IMG/VR virus record: IMGVR_UViG_2908873634_000001
Coordinates: 1-64,000 of that record
DNA: 64,000 bases
Strand: one strand, 5' to 3'
Origin: a virus
Taxonomy: Duplodnaviria > Caudoviricetes
Positions 22,320 through 32,389 of the stretch are shown here, piece after piece. The notes below the pieces were generated by a model, which searched no databases, had not been told where the DNA came from, and worked only from the letters and a program-made list of their open reading frames with translations. The position numbers were made by a program, and so were the translations under genes. How positions within the stretch are numbered: the stretch's first letter is position 1; each line of letters opens with the position of its first letter.

Positions 22320-22429
22320 GGGGCGTCTCCTGGGAAGGGGTGGTTCTAGGGTCGCGCGGTTTGGCGCTGACGATCCCCCTGTCCGGGCTTGGGTTGGGGT
22401 GTCCTTCAGGGAGGCTTCCACACTACCGG

Positions 22430-22466
22430 TTACCTGTTGCGTACGCAACAGATTAAGGGTTACGGT
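22430..22466. promoter_or_regulatory. Palindromic operator in a divergent promoter (copy 1)
   Basis: TTACCTGTTGCG-TA-CGCAACAGATTAA; minus strand TTGCGT-N17-TAGTGT, plus strand TTGCGT-N18-TACGGT. Confidence 0.75.
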
Positions 22467-22489
22467 TGTACTGCCTACGAAGGAGCTTC

Positions 22490-22896
22490 ATGTCCGACTT
22501 CACGGTTTCCGTCTACCAGACCTACGTCTCCTGCGCCCCCGGCCGGCGCACCTGGCTCTACATCTCCAGCATCAACCGCACCACCGGAAAGGCGGGGTCA
22601 CCGACCCGAACAGCATCTACACCAACTACCGGCCCCGGACGATCAACCTGACCCAACTGCACTCGTCCGGCAGGACCCGGTCCGGGAAAGAACGGCGATC
22701 CGGATACCGCTTCCTCAGCCAGCCTTCCGACACCGCTGTTCACCTGTGCCGCCACTGCTTCCACTACAAGAAGCCGGAGGAACTGCACCAAGAACCGGGA
22801 GTCATCCACAGCGACATCTGCGTTCCGTGCAAGGCGGAGGTCGCGGAGCTGATGAAGCAGATCTGCCAAAACCGCGCACTCATGCTGGAAGACTGA
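22490..22896 (+). CDS. Hypothetical protein with CxxC...CxxC zinc finger
   Basis: AAGGAG RBS; LCRHC...ICVPC; one frameshift. Confidence 0.6.
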
Positions 22897-22923
22897 CCTG
22901 CAAGTTAGTACCTGCCTGGAGGA

Positions 22924-23294
22924 GTGACCACCGTGGCCGACAAGACCCCCGCCAGCCTCTCGGATCAAGCCGCTGAGGCTGTCCGGGCCCTGAACCACGT
23001 CACCCTGCCGCGCCCTAACCTCGGCTGGGAGTACCCGGGGACGCCTATACGACAGTGGCCAACCTGTCCGCGCTCGCCAGGATGCTGTCGCAGGCCCTCG
23101 GCCAGATCGACTCCTTTGTCACTGATCTGGCCGAGGGCGACCACCTACAAAGCGATAAGGGGGCAGACGACCTGCCTAACAGGCTTGCAGGCCTCCACAT
23201 GTGGCTGTCTGACGCCCAAGGGCAGGCCAAGGCCCTAATGCGGGCGCTCGAGCAAGCACACCAGCTTCTCGGGCCGCTGTCCTACAAGGACTGA
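22924..23294 (+). CDS. Helical hypothetical protein (paralog of 24091-24474)
   Basis: AAEAVRALNH.T....YP vs AAGDAIRTLNHRT...YP. Confidence 0.65.
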
Positions 23295-23568
23295 GGCCGC
23301 CTCGCGGCAGGCTTGATCAAGGCTTGGTGTCGGAAATTCCGAACAATGTACAGAGTTTCTCCGCCCATGTCGGCAACCGGAAACCCGACGCCCCTGGCCC
23401 CTGGCTGGCGGAATGCGGGCGCAGCTCGGCCCCGGGACCGTGATGGTCGCCGGGGCCGGCCAGCGGTTCCTCAGGAGCAGGAGGCGCTTGGAGAAATCGT
23501 TACGCCCTTCCAGTGTGCGCCACACCTGCCGAATCAATCCCCCTGCCCGAGGGCGGGCTCGAGCTGGG

Positions 23569-23832
23569 TCAGTCGGCTTCGACGTAGGTGACGATGAGGA
23601 TGCTGCCGAGGGCGGTGGCGTAGAAGATGATCCGGATGCCGTCGTGCTGGTAGTCGCGGAGCGCGGACGCGGTCGCGTGTGGCTTCACGTCGGTGGGCGC
23701 GGCCGCGATCAGGTTGAGGGCTTCGTCGAGGCGGGTGGTCTGCGCGAGGGTGAGGGTGCGGACCTGGGTTTCGGCGGGCTCGATGAACACGATCCGAGGC
23801 CGGCGGGCGCCGCGGTGGTGCTTAGGCGACAC
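23569..23832 (-). CDS. RelE/ParE-like toxin, putative
   Basis: ~87 aa; IVFIEPAETQV...LRDYQHDGIRIIFY...ILIVTYVE, RelE-like topology; overlaps the upstream small acidic ORF. Confidence 0.55.
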   Translation of the reverse strand: MSPKHHRGARRPRIVFIEPAETQVRTLTLAQTTRLDEALNLIAAAPTDVKPHATASALRDYQHDGIRIIFYATALGSILIVTYVEAD

Positions 23833-24028
23833 CCTGCGCACCGTCCTCACGGTCGGGCAGGCCCTGCTCGGTACGGATGTCGTCCCAGTCGCGGCAGCCG
23901 TCGAGGCGGATGCCTTCGGCGGCGAGGCTCTCGAGGACGTAGGCGAGAGCAGGGTTGCCGGGGAACTCGGCGCGGGCGGCTTCGCGGAGCTCGCGCTGCT
24001 CGGTTGCGCTGAAGGTCAGGTTCGCCAT
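23822..24028 (-). CDS. Putative antitoxin
   Basis: 68-aa acidic ORF ending CRDWDDIRTEQGL, a typical antitoxin-like tail; upstream of and overlapping the toxin-like ORF. Confidence 0.5.
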   Translation of the reverse strand: MANLTFSATEQRELREAARAEFPGNPALAYVLESLAAEGIRLDGCRDWDDIRTEQGLPDREDGAQGVA

Positions 24029-24090
24029 CGGGTCCTCCGCGGTCGGGTACGCAACGAGGCTAGCGCAGCGGGTCGCGCCCGGGTGGCGGG

Positions 24091-24474
24091 TCAGACCGTC
24101 TCGGCGGGCTCGTCGTCGGGGATGATGGCGCCGACGTAGGCGAGGAGGTTCACGACCTGCTGCAGAGCCTGGGACGCCTCCCGGATGTGTCCCACGGCCT
24201 CCACGAGTTCGGTCTTGGCCCTGTCGGTGATGTCGTCGACGTTGGAGTCGTCGTAGGCGTAGAGGTGCTGCGTGGAGCTGACGGCGTCGATGCCGTGGTG
24301 AAGCTGGTCGAGGGTCTGCGGGAGGCCGAGGAGAACGGCGGACAGGCCGACGGCGGTGCTCTGGATCTCGCTGGGGTAGGTGAAGGTGCTGTGTGCCTGG
24401 GTGCGGTGGTTCAGGGTGCGGATGGCATCGCCGGCGGCACGGGCGATCTCTTCGGGGGTACGGTCCAGGTCCAC
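24091..24474 (-). CDS. Helical hypothetical protein
   Basis: 127-aa ORF, GGAGG RBS. Confidence 0.7.
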   Translation of the reverse strand: MDLDRTPEEIARAAGDAIRTLNHRTQAHSTFTYPSEIQSTAVGLSAVLLGLPQTLDQLHHGIDAVSSTQHLYAYDDSNVDDITDRAKTELVEAVGHIREASQALQQVVNLLAYVGAIIPDDEPAETV

Positions 24475-24864
24475 GTGTACGCCTCCCTCAAGGCCGGCCG
24501 GATGCCGGAAGCGCCGAGTATGCCAGGGGCCACCGACACCGCAGGCCGGTTCTCGCCAGTCGGCGGCTGGCTCTACTTCTCGGGGTGGAGTCGTCGCAGC
24601 AGGGCGCCATCATCGGTGTGCCCGAACAGGAAGTTGGCCAGGGCCGCGTGGTCCTCGCCAGGAGGGCGACCTTCTTGATGTCGTAGCGGGCGAGTCGGCG
24701 CCGCATTTTAGGGGCGGGGCCGCGTCGCCGCAGAGGCTTGCCAATGGCCTTGGCACACAGTTTATTGGCCTCGGCGTCGATGACGTGGATGCCGGTCTCG
24801 ACCGGAGGGGACAGACGCGGTTCGTCCCATCCGTCCGTGCTCACGACCGGAGGCTCCAGGGAGC

Positions 24865-25880
24865 CTAGGGGTCGGTGTTGGTCACGGCTGCGTGGAAGGC
24901 TGCCAAGGCTGCGGCCAGGTAGCTGCGCGCGGCCCGCTCGGCAAGGTCATGCAGTTCTTCGGCGTGCGCGGCGGCGAGCTCGGCCCGCTGACGGGCAGTC
25001 TCCTGCCACAGCCGGTGCCGTTCGTCAGCTTGCTCGATGAGTGACTGAGGAAGTGGCTTGGGCAGCTCTGGTGCGGTGCTGGTGGCCTCTTCCTCGGCTG
25101 CCTGGCGGGATTCGTCCGTCATCCTCCACGCCTTGCTGATGGCCTGGTAGGTGCGGCGGTGCTCCTTCAGTAGCTCGTCTGCCTTCTTCGGCCAGGGCTC
25201 GGCGTCGGTGCCATCCGGGTGCGGGGCGTGCACGTCCGGATGGGCCGCAGTGTGGGCGGCATAGTGATCGCAGTAGAAGTCCCGGCCCCGGTCGGTGATC
25301 TGGTAGCCGTAGTAGTCGTCGGAACGCGCGGCCAGCGGCGGCTGATGCCTCTCCATTAGCGCGAACTCGATCGTCTTGGAGTACGTCCACCTCAATGGTT
25401 CCCCTCGCTGGTCTGCCGCCCAGAGGAGAGCGAGGACCTCCCAGGACCTGGCGCCGAGTGCAGCCTTGGGCGCTCCGTCCGGACGCAGGGACAGCCCCGC
25501 GCGTGCAGCGGCACGTCCCTCCCGGGTCAACGCGACCGTGCGCATCATGCCGAACTGGGTACCGTAGGCGTCCCGGGTGAGAAGCCCCCGCGTAGTGAGT
25601 GCCGCGATGGTTGACCCGTTGCCCTGGTTGTCCCAGCCGTGCATCGCAAGGCGGGACTGCATCTCAGTCGTGCCGACCAGGTCACGCAGGGACGGGTCAT
25701 GGGCGAAGTCGATACGCCGCCAGATCGCGGCCGGGGTGTCGTCGTAGCTGCCGCGGGCGGCGCGCCGCCGCCGGCCCGCGTCCTTTCTTGGTCGAGGTCG
25801 TAGATAACAGCAAGGGTGCCTTGCTGCCGGTCGTTCAGCTCGGTCCACGCGGTCAAGGCCTTCGACGTACGCGCTGCCAT
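24865..25880 (-). CDS. Hypothetical protein, possible winged-helix DNA-binding
   Basis: MAARTSKALTAWTELNDRQQGTL...GSTIAALTTRGLL...VALTREGRAAA; one frameshift. Confidence 0.65.
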
Positions 25881-25971
25881 CGTTCACACCTCCACGAGCC
25901 GGGCATAGCCCTCGCAGGCAGCGTAACGAAGGGCACCGACATTACCGTGGCCGCGTGGAAGGATCCGCCGT

Positions 25972-26445
25972 ATGAGTGAGCTTCAGATCGCCTTGATCGC
26001 CGCGGGGTCGGCCATCCTGGGCAGTGCGGTAGCGGGGTTCTTCGCGTGGAAGGCCGGCCACCGCCAGGCCGCCGCGGCCGAGACTGCGGGGCAGGCGCAG
26101 GCGGCGGCGCTGATGTCGACCGTGCAGGCCACCCTCGACGAACAGCGGCGGGCTCGAACGGAAGAGCTTCAGCGTCAGGCGTGCGCGGAACTGCTGTCGG
26201 CTGGCCTCGGCTATCAGATCAATTCGACGGTCGAGAACGGCGCGCGGGTGCTTCAGGCAGCGGCTGCGGTTGAGGTGGCGTGTCCGCAGGACATCACGCG
26301 TCCGGCTCTGGCATACGGGCAGGCGGTTTCCGCGTTCGTTCAGAACCGGAGTAACGGTCCGCAGCCGGACGCCGAGGTACAGGCCGTGATCGATGCTCGA
26401 GGCCAGTTCTTGTCGGCCGTGCGCCGCGTTCTCAACGGCACCTGA
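25972..26445 (+). CDS. Membrane-anchored hypothetical protein
   Basis: N-terminal hydrophobic helix IALIAAGSAILGSAVAGFFAW followed by coiled coil. Confidence 0.7.
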   Translation: MSELQIALIAAGSAILGSAVAGFFAWKAGHRQAAAAETAGQAQAAALMSTVQATLDEQRRARTEELQRQACAELLSAGLGYQINSTVENGARVLQAAAAVEVACPQDITRPALAYGQAVSAFVQNRSNGPQPDAEVQAVIDARGQFLSAVRRVLNGT

Positions 26446-26453
26446 CGAACCAA

Positions 26454-26477
26454 GCCCGCCACCGGCTGGTGACGGGC
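26454..26477. repeat. Dispersed GC hairpin repeat (also 26831-26855, 27772-27797, 49922-49949)
   Basis: GCCCGCCACC-RGCY-GGTGACGGGC consensus. Confidence 0.65.
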
Positions 26478-26542
26478 CCTGGTCTCCTGACCCCGCGATG
26501 CCTTTCCCGTGCCTTTCCGTCGACTCAGCCCGTTGGCCGGGC

Positions 26543-26823
26543 ATGACGACGAGTACGACGGTCCACGGCATGTTCGCTGCGTGGGTGGGGTGCAGGATCT
26601 GCACGGCGACAACCCGCTTTGTCGAGATGCGTGAGCCACGGGATGCGTTGTGGGAAGAGGCGCGGGTGCATGTGGCTGCCGAGCATCCGGGGAAGGATGC
26701 TTCGCTGGTGCTGTGGGAGCAGTCCGGTCGTTTGTCGGCGCTGTCGATCGTTGCGGAGACGGAAGCGGACTGGCTGGCCGTGTACAACACGCGCTGCCCG
26801 CCACGGATCCCCCGGTCCCCTGA
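26543..26823 (+). CDS. Small CxxC hypothetical protein
   Basis: MTTSTTVHGMFAAWVGCRIC...HVAAEH. Confidence 0.5.
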
Positions 26824-26855
26824 CTGTCGAGGCCCGCCACCGGCCGGCGGCGGGC

Positions 26856-27691
26856 TTACCCCCGCCAGCCCCATAGTGACGGGCGTCCCGGTTGATCCGG
26901 CCGAGCAGCCACTGCGCGTCGGATTCGGCGACGTGGGCTCCGGCGACGCGCATGACGTGGATGGTGGTGGGCTGTCCGCCGCCGTCGCGTTCGGGGCCGA
27001 GGTGCGCGCCCCAGGGCTGGGAGCCGCAGTCGGGCGGGGTGTGCCCGTCGGGGCAGTGCGGGCACGTCATGTCGGAGGCGGCGGGTTCGGGATCGTCCCA
27101 CACGATCTCGGTGGCGCCGCCGTGCCCGTGGACGGCTTCGGCGTGGGCTATGTCGTCCCAGTGGACCGTGGAGGGGCGTTCGCCGCGCCAGCGGACGGAC
27201 GCAGTGCCGTCGGGCCACAGGACACCGTCGGCGACGCGGCCGGTACCGGAGACTCCGGTAATGTCGACGGTCCGCTGGAGGTGGAAGCGGCGGGGCTCGG
27301 TCATGTCGGGTCTCCCTGCTTCGGGGCGGTGAAGCTGTCGTTCTGGAGGAGGTTCTCCAGACGGGCCATGAATCGTTCGCCGAACTCGGGCCCCATGCGG
27401 TGGGCGAGGCCATGAGTTCGGTGACGAGGGCGGCGGCACCGTCCTCGTTCATGAGGTACAGGTTCCGGGCCCGGTCGGTGGTGTGGTTGATCCGGCCTTC
27501 GAGGAGCATGCCGATGATGGGGCCGTTGCTGGCGCTTTCGACTTCGACGACGGTGCTGGAGTCGAGGAGGACGGCGTTGGTGGTGTCGACGATGACGCTG
27601 TCGCGGTCGTGGGGCCGCCGGGGCCGGCGATGTCGCCACCGCTCTTGCGGGGGTCACCGCTGATCCGACGGCCGGTCCTCTTACGTGCCAT
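26856..27691 (-). CDS. Two hypothetical phage genes (27301-27691, 26856-27304)
   Basis: MLLEGRINHT motif; MTEPRRFHLQRTVDITGVSGTGRVADGVLWPDG; preceded by GGGGATC-N18-GATCCT at 27729-27759. Confidence 0.65.
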
Positions 27692-27819
27692 GGACGGTCT
27701 CCTCCAGAGGGAAGGGGCGGGTGGTTCCAGGATCCCGTGGATCCGGCCGATCGATCCCCCGGATCGGCAGAGGCCCGCCACCGGCTGGTGACGGGCCCTC
27801 AGCAAGCAAGCAGGCAGCG

Positions 27820-28307
27820 TTACCGAGACCGGGCTCCAACTGCGAAGCCGTCCTTCCACATCGCCGCGAGAAGATCGCGAAGCTCCCTGAGCTGCTCCGG
27901 TGTCAGGGTCTTCCGCAGAGTGCCGTTCCCTTCGAGCATCAGGTTCGCTCGGTGGGCAGCAGCTCCGAGGAGAGCGAAGCTGTCGTATCCGGCGATCTTC
28001 CCGCCCTGATCGGGCTGTTACCGCCAGCCTCGTCGTGATCGAAGATCAGGAGACAAGTCGGAGGCTGTCCGGGTGAGGCTGAGTCATGCGGCTCATCCTG
28101 TCGTATGAGAGGTGGGCAGGCGGTTCACGCGTTTCGGCGCAGAAGATGCGCGGCTTGGAGGACGGCTCCGGCTCCCTGGAGGGCGATGCTGACGTGTTCG
28201 GCGTCCAGCTTGGCGGTAAGGCTCAGGAGGAGCAGGGTGGCGATGAATGCCCACAGCTTGGGGTCGTTGGTCGGGATCCGGTCGTGGGCGTGGCTGATGT
28301 TCGTCAT
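27820..28307 (-). CDS. Two small hypothetical genes (28125-28307 hydrophobic; 27820-28087)
   Basis: ORFs downstream of operator copy 2. Confidence 0.45.
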
Positions 28308-28434
28308 TGGGGGTCCTTGGGGCGGAGAGCGGACAAGCTGACGGAGCGCTTGCCGTTGGGACCCTTTTCGCAGTGGGTGGCAGGCCGGGGCCCCGCCGTC
28401 TCTTGCCAGACGGTTAGGGGCCCGAACCTGTGAC

Positions 28435-28468
28435 CACGTTAGCTGTTACCTGTTACGCGCGCAACACG
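28435..28468 (-). promoter_or_regulatory. Palindromic operator/promoter (copy 2, degenerate)
   Basis: TTACCTGTTACG-CG-CGCAACA; minus strand TTGCGC-N17-TAACGT. Confidence 0.65.
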
Positions 28469-28497
28469 CTTCGGCTACTGGGGTACACGCCTCGGCG

Positions 28498-29885
28498 CTA
28501 GAACGGTGCCCCCACAAGGTCCGTGCAGTCCTTGCACAGGTGAGACCCCGCAACCGCCGGCCTCCCGCAGAGACCGTCCTGCCCGTCGCACTCCGGTTGC
28601 CGACCTGCCGAGTGGTCGATAACCACTCGGGCACGCTGTGCGGGCATGGCGGGGTTGAGTCCCGTCGGTCCCGTACATCATCGACAGAAGCAGCGTGACC
28701 TCGAGCGGCTCCCCAGCCGGCACGCTTGTCCTCCGCCCGCATCGCGCATGCCGGGCAGGGCTCCCGGGTGTGGACGTCGGTCCGGTCGTCGCAGGAGATG
28801 CTGCTGCACTCCGGGGTGTCCTCCAGCATCCGCAGCAGTGGCCCGTACGGCGGCCGCGGTGTCCGGCCGGCGTCCGTCTCGGTCTTCCAGGCGGGCAGGA
28901 GCTGCTCGGCCCAGTACCGGTCCCACCTCGGGAGGACGCGGTACTCGACGAGCTGCTGCACGGTCCGCTCCCGGGGCTGTCCGGCAGCGAGGGCCTCGAC
29001 GATGCCGTGGGAGACGTTCGTCGGCAGCTTGTTGCCGAGAACCGCATTCAGCTCCTGGGGCAGGAGAGCCCGGACGGCCTGCACCTGGTCGCGTTGCTGC
29101 TTCGAGAGACGGGGCTTGCTTGTCGCGGGCGCGGCGGAGCCGCCTCCCGAGAGCCCTTACTACCTGTAGAGGCCTGACGGCATCCAGCGGGGCTACGCCC
29201 CGAAGGGGCAGCGTTCTGACTGAGGGTTGCAACTGATGGTTCAAGGGGTGACATCGGTGACGCCCCGGGGGTGACATAGATGTCGGGGGAGGGTGACATA
29301 GATGTCACCCCTCCCCTTCTGCAGGTACGCGTTCCGACTCGGTTCTTGAAGGCTCGCTTCTGGCGAGCGGCTTGGAGGCGGCGGCCTTCCGCCCTCGGGC
29401 CCGCTGGGACTCCTTCGCCGCCGCTGCGCGTGCCGCGGCTGCTGTTGCGGCCGCGTAGGAAGCCTTGATCGCGTCCGCATCTGCTGACAACGCAGCAGCC
29501 GCCGCAGAACCTTCACGGAAGTCGGCCTCGACGGGAGCCTGTGCCCACATGCTCGAGCGCGCTTCCTTCGGCGTCACGATCTCCTCGAATGGGACACCCG
29601 TGCCCGCGTACTCATCCCAGGGCCATGAAGGAAGTACCGGTTCGACGTCTGGGAGCCATCGCTACGGAAGGCTGGCTTGTCGGACATGAGCCGAAGCTCG
29701 ATGAGGAACTCGATCGCCCGCTGAACGGTCCGCTCGCTCTTCTCAGCCTCGGCAGCCAGCAGGCCGATGGAGGGGTGGCAGGAGAAGCGCTCGTCAGCAC
29801 GATCGGCCAGACGCCCAAGGACGAACTTCGCCGTCAGGTTGCCGACCTTTAGGCGCGTTGCATAGTTGTATGCCTCGATGCTCAC
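28498..29885 (-). CDS. HTH replication initiator-like protein with Cys-rich C-terminus, frameshifted
   Basis: MSIEAYNYA...AKFVLGRLADRAD..CHPSIGLLAAEAEKSERTVQRAI...DGSQTSNRYFL (wHTH typical of phage initiators); EPSVATLS linker; internal repeats. Confidence 0.75.
29245..29316. repeat. Iteron-like repeats inside the initiator gene (candidate origin)
   Basis: GGGTGACAT at 29246, 29269, 29291 (22-23 bp period); the last forms palindrome GGGTGACAT-AG-ATGTCACCC. Confidence 0.65.
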
Positions 29886-30086
29886 TGCATACCTCCGGCC
29901 ATCCGGACGATCACGCAGCGTGGACTTGCGAGGGAAGTGATACTTGCAGGTACTCTCGACACCGAGATACCTCTTTCGCGAGATGGGTCTTGGTGCAGCG
30001 GGTCGCAGTCCGCTGTTGTGCTTCGGAGGCCGGTGAGTCGCTAGCTCGCCGGCCTTCGGCATGTCCAGGCTGAGAAGCCCGGAGGC

Positions 30087-30350
30087 TCACGTGGTTCGGG
30101 CCTGTCTCGCGCGTTCGCGTTCCCGGAAGAACTCCAGGAAAGGTTCCGTGGCCATGACGGTGGCGTTGGCGAGCGGCCAGTACGGGTGGGCCCGGCCTTC
30201 ACCAAAAGGCCAGGCGGGGTCGTGTTCGGCGATGTGGCGGACGCCCTGGTGGGTGATCCGATCAACGATGCCGAGCTCGACGAGTAGGGCGGCGCCGCTC
30301 TGGAAGGTGACGGCCGGCGGCAGCGGGTTATCGGCCACAAAGCACCCCAT
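30087..30350 (-). CDS. Small AlpA/excisionase-like DNA-binding protein
   Basis: VTFQSGAALL...ITHQGVRHIAEHDPAWPF. Confidence 0.55.
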   Translation of the reverse strand: MGCFVADNPLPPAVTFQSGAALLVELGIVDRITHQGVRHIAEHDPAWPFGEGRAHPYWPLANATVMATEPFLEFFRERERARQARTT

Positions 30351-30368
30351 TTAGGGCGCAGGTCTTCG

Positions 30369-30389
30369 TACTAGTGAGAGTCACTAGTA
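30369..30389. promoter_or_regulatory. Perfect palindrome upstream of AlpA-like/rep operon
   Basis: TACTAGTGA-GAG-TCACTAGTA; AT-rich in a GC-rich background. Confidence 0.6.
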
Positions 30390-30542
30390 GGCTCATCTCG
30401 AACCTCTCTCGCAAGGGTTGGTTCACATGGCCGCGTACGTCTTCGCAGGACAGCGGCCATAAGGGCGGTCGGCCGGTCGGGAAACCGGTCGGCCGTCATC
30501 ACGCTCGGGCTCGTCTACGGGCCCATGCCGTCACTCCTCTCC

Positions 30543-31746
30543 TCACGCGGCCAGCGCGTTGATCGCGGCCACAGTCTCAGCGGCAGTCCGATTCCTGGCA
30601 TACCGGGGCGCACCGAGCATGCCCGCCAGTCGGTCGGCTCGCTTCACGATCCACGAGATCTGCTCTTCCTCAGGCAACGAGAGGATCGGCTGGATGGCGT
30701 CGGCCGCTCCTCGACGTCGTCGAGCTGTACCCGAGCTGTTGCGAGGTAGATGTGCGCCAGGCGCTCATCGTCCAGCGACCGCTCCGTCTCGGGCCCGGCC
30801 TGCCACAGCTCAATCGCCGCAGTCGCCTCCCGGGCTGCGCGCTCGGCGTCGTGACCGCCCTGGAGCCAGATCAGCGACGAGCCGGCGTAGTACGACTGCT
30901 TCGCCCTCGAGAACCCGAAGAGCCCCTCAAGGGAGTCCGGTCGGCGGATCCGTTCCCGTGCGGCCTCGGCCTCGTCGAGCGCGCTGTTCGCCGCCCGGGA
31001 GTCTCCGAGGTTCGCCAGGCACTGGGCCTCGCCGCATCGCAGCCGGGCCTCGCCCGTACCGTGACCGGCGCCGACCCACTGGTAGCCGTCCTGGATGTGC
31101 TCCAGGGCCCGCCCGTAGTCCCCTTGGAACCGGGAGATCAGCGACCGCGTGCCCGCCACCCAGGCGGCAAGCTCGGAGTCGCCCGCGAACTCGGCACATC
31201 GGCCCGCAGCAATCGCGTGCTCGTGCGCTTCCTCCGCGTCGCCCAGGTCGAGCAGGGCGTACGCCAGAACCCCGGACAGCCTGCCCGCGGCAACGTACAG
31301 GTCCGTACGGTCTGTAGGCCGGAAGTGCCCGGACCGAAGCCGCTCGAACGCCTCACCCCTCAGGGCGTGCGCCCGGTTCATCATCGGCGCCGGCGGATTG
31401 CCGAGGTAGTCGAAGGCTGTGGCCTCCACGCCCTCCTGGAGCTCCGAGATGTCGAGGTCCGCGAGCGCGGTGAGGTCCCGCGACATCGCGAGTGCTGCCG
31501 CCCGGGTCCTGTGCGCGGCCGCAGCCGCGCGCCGGTCGAGGTCCTCGCGGCGCCAGAGCGAGACCAGCTCGCCGTTCGCGCCGAGCACCTCGTCGGCCTT
31601 CTCCGCCACGTCACCCGGCGTGGGCCTGCGCCCGGACTCGAAGTGGTGCAGGGAGGTCCGGTCGTAGTGCACGCGCTGAGCGAACTCGGCATCGACATGC
31701 CAGCCAACAGGCGTAGCTGGCGGAGACGTTCAGGGAAGGTCGTCAT
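30543..31746 (-). CDS. XRE-family HTH + TPR-like transcriptional regulator
   Basis: FPERLRQLRLLAGMS...TSLHHFESGRR N-terminal HTH; helical repeats LAYALLDLGD, AQCLANLGD. Confidence 0.8.
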
Positions 31747-31939
31747 GCTCTGAGCTTTCCTCCTCTCGGGGTTCTAGGGCAGTGGTTCGTGACGTTCTTT
31801 GGCAGCTATGCGGCTTATGGGGTGTGGCAGATCCGGGCTGGATCACTTGCCACGCTGCCGTAGCTCCTCCTCCTGACCCTCCAGTGCTGGCATGGGGTTG
31901 TACCTGATCCCAGCCGCTACGGAGAGCCGCATGCGCCGC

Positions 31940-32233
31940 TTACGAATCGGCCGACTCGCCGGTCTGCCTTCGTTCCTCTCTCTTCGCAAAGTGCACTCCG
32001 TGCTGGGGGTTGCGGGCCTCGAAGTAGGCCTTCACGGGCTCCCACGGCAGGAAGTAGTAGCGGCCGACCTTCTGCCACTGCTCCTTCGGGATCGGGAAGT
32101 CCGGGTCTCGGTGCGCGAGCTGCTGGACTCGCTGCTTGCTGAGTTCTACGCGTCTCGCGATCTCCGCGAGCGTCACCATCTCTGGCGCCCTCCCTTCCTC
32201 AGTCGCGTTCGGTTCGTTCTCAACATTACCCAT
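31940..32233 (-). CDS. AlpA-like HTH regulator, divergent from the transfer operon
   Basis: MVTLAEIARRVELSKQRVQQLAHRDPDFP. Confidence 0.7.
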   Translation of the reverse strand: MGNVENEPNATEEGRAPEMVTLAEIARRVELSKQRVQQLAHRDPDFPIPKEQWQKVGRYYFLPWEPVKAYFEARNPQHGVHFAKREERRQTGESADS

Positions 32234-32389
32234 GATGTTGACCCAAGTCTATATCAGTGGTCTACTGGAGATACAGCACGACCCCGGGCCAGCTTTCGCC
32301 GGAACCGGGGCCGCGTGTCCTCAAGCGGTGCTCGAACACCACTAAGGACGTGGAACCCGCCCTACCTGCACACACAGGAGGCCGATCCC

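Noticed and set aside
24488-24844. Possible gene fragment
   Set aside because: Frame and start are ambiguous and no motif is recognisable; not annotated.
31750-31900. Arbitrium-like secreted peptide gene next to the XRE-TPR regulator
   Set aside because: The short ORFs lack a hydrophobic signal sequence, so there is no support beyond position.
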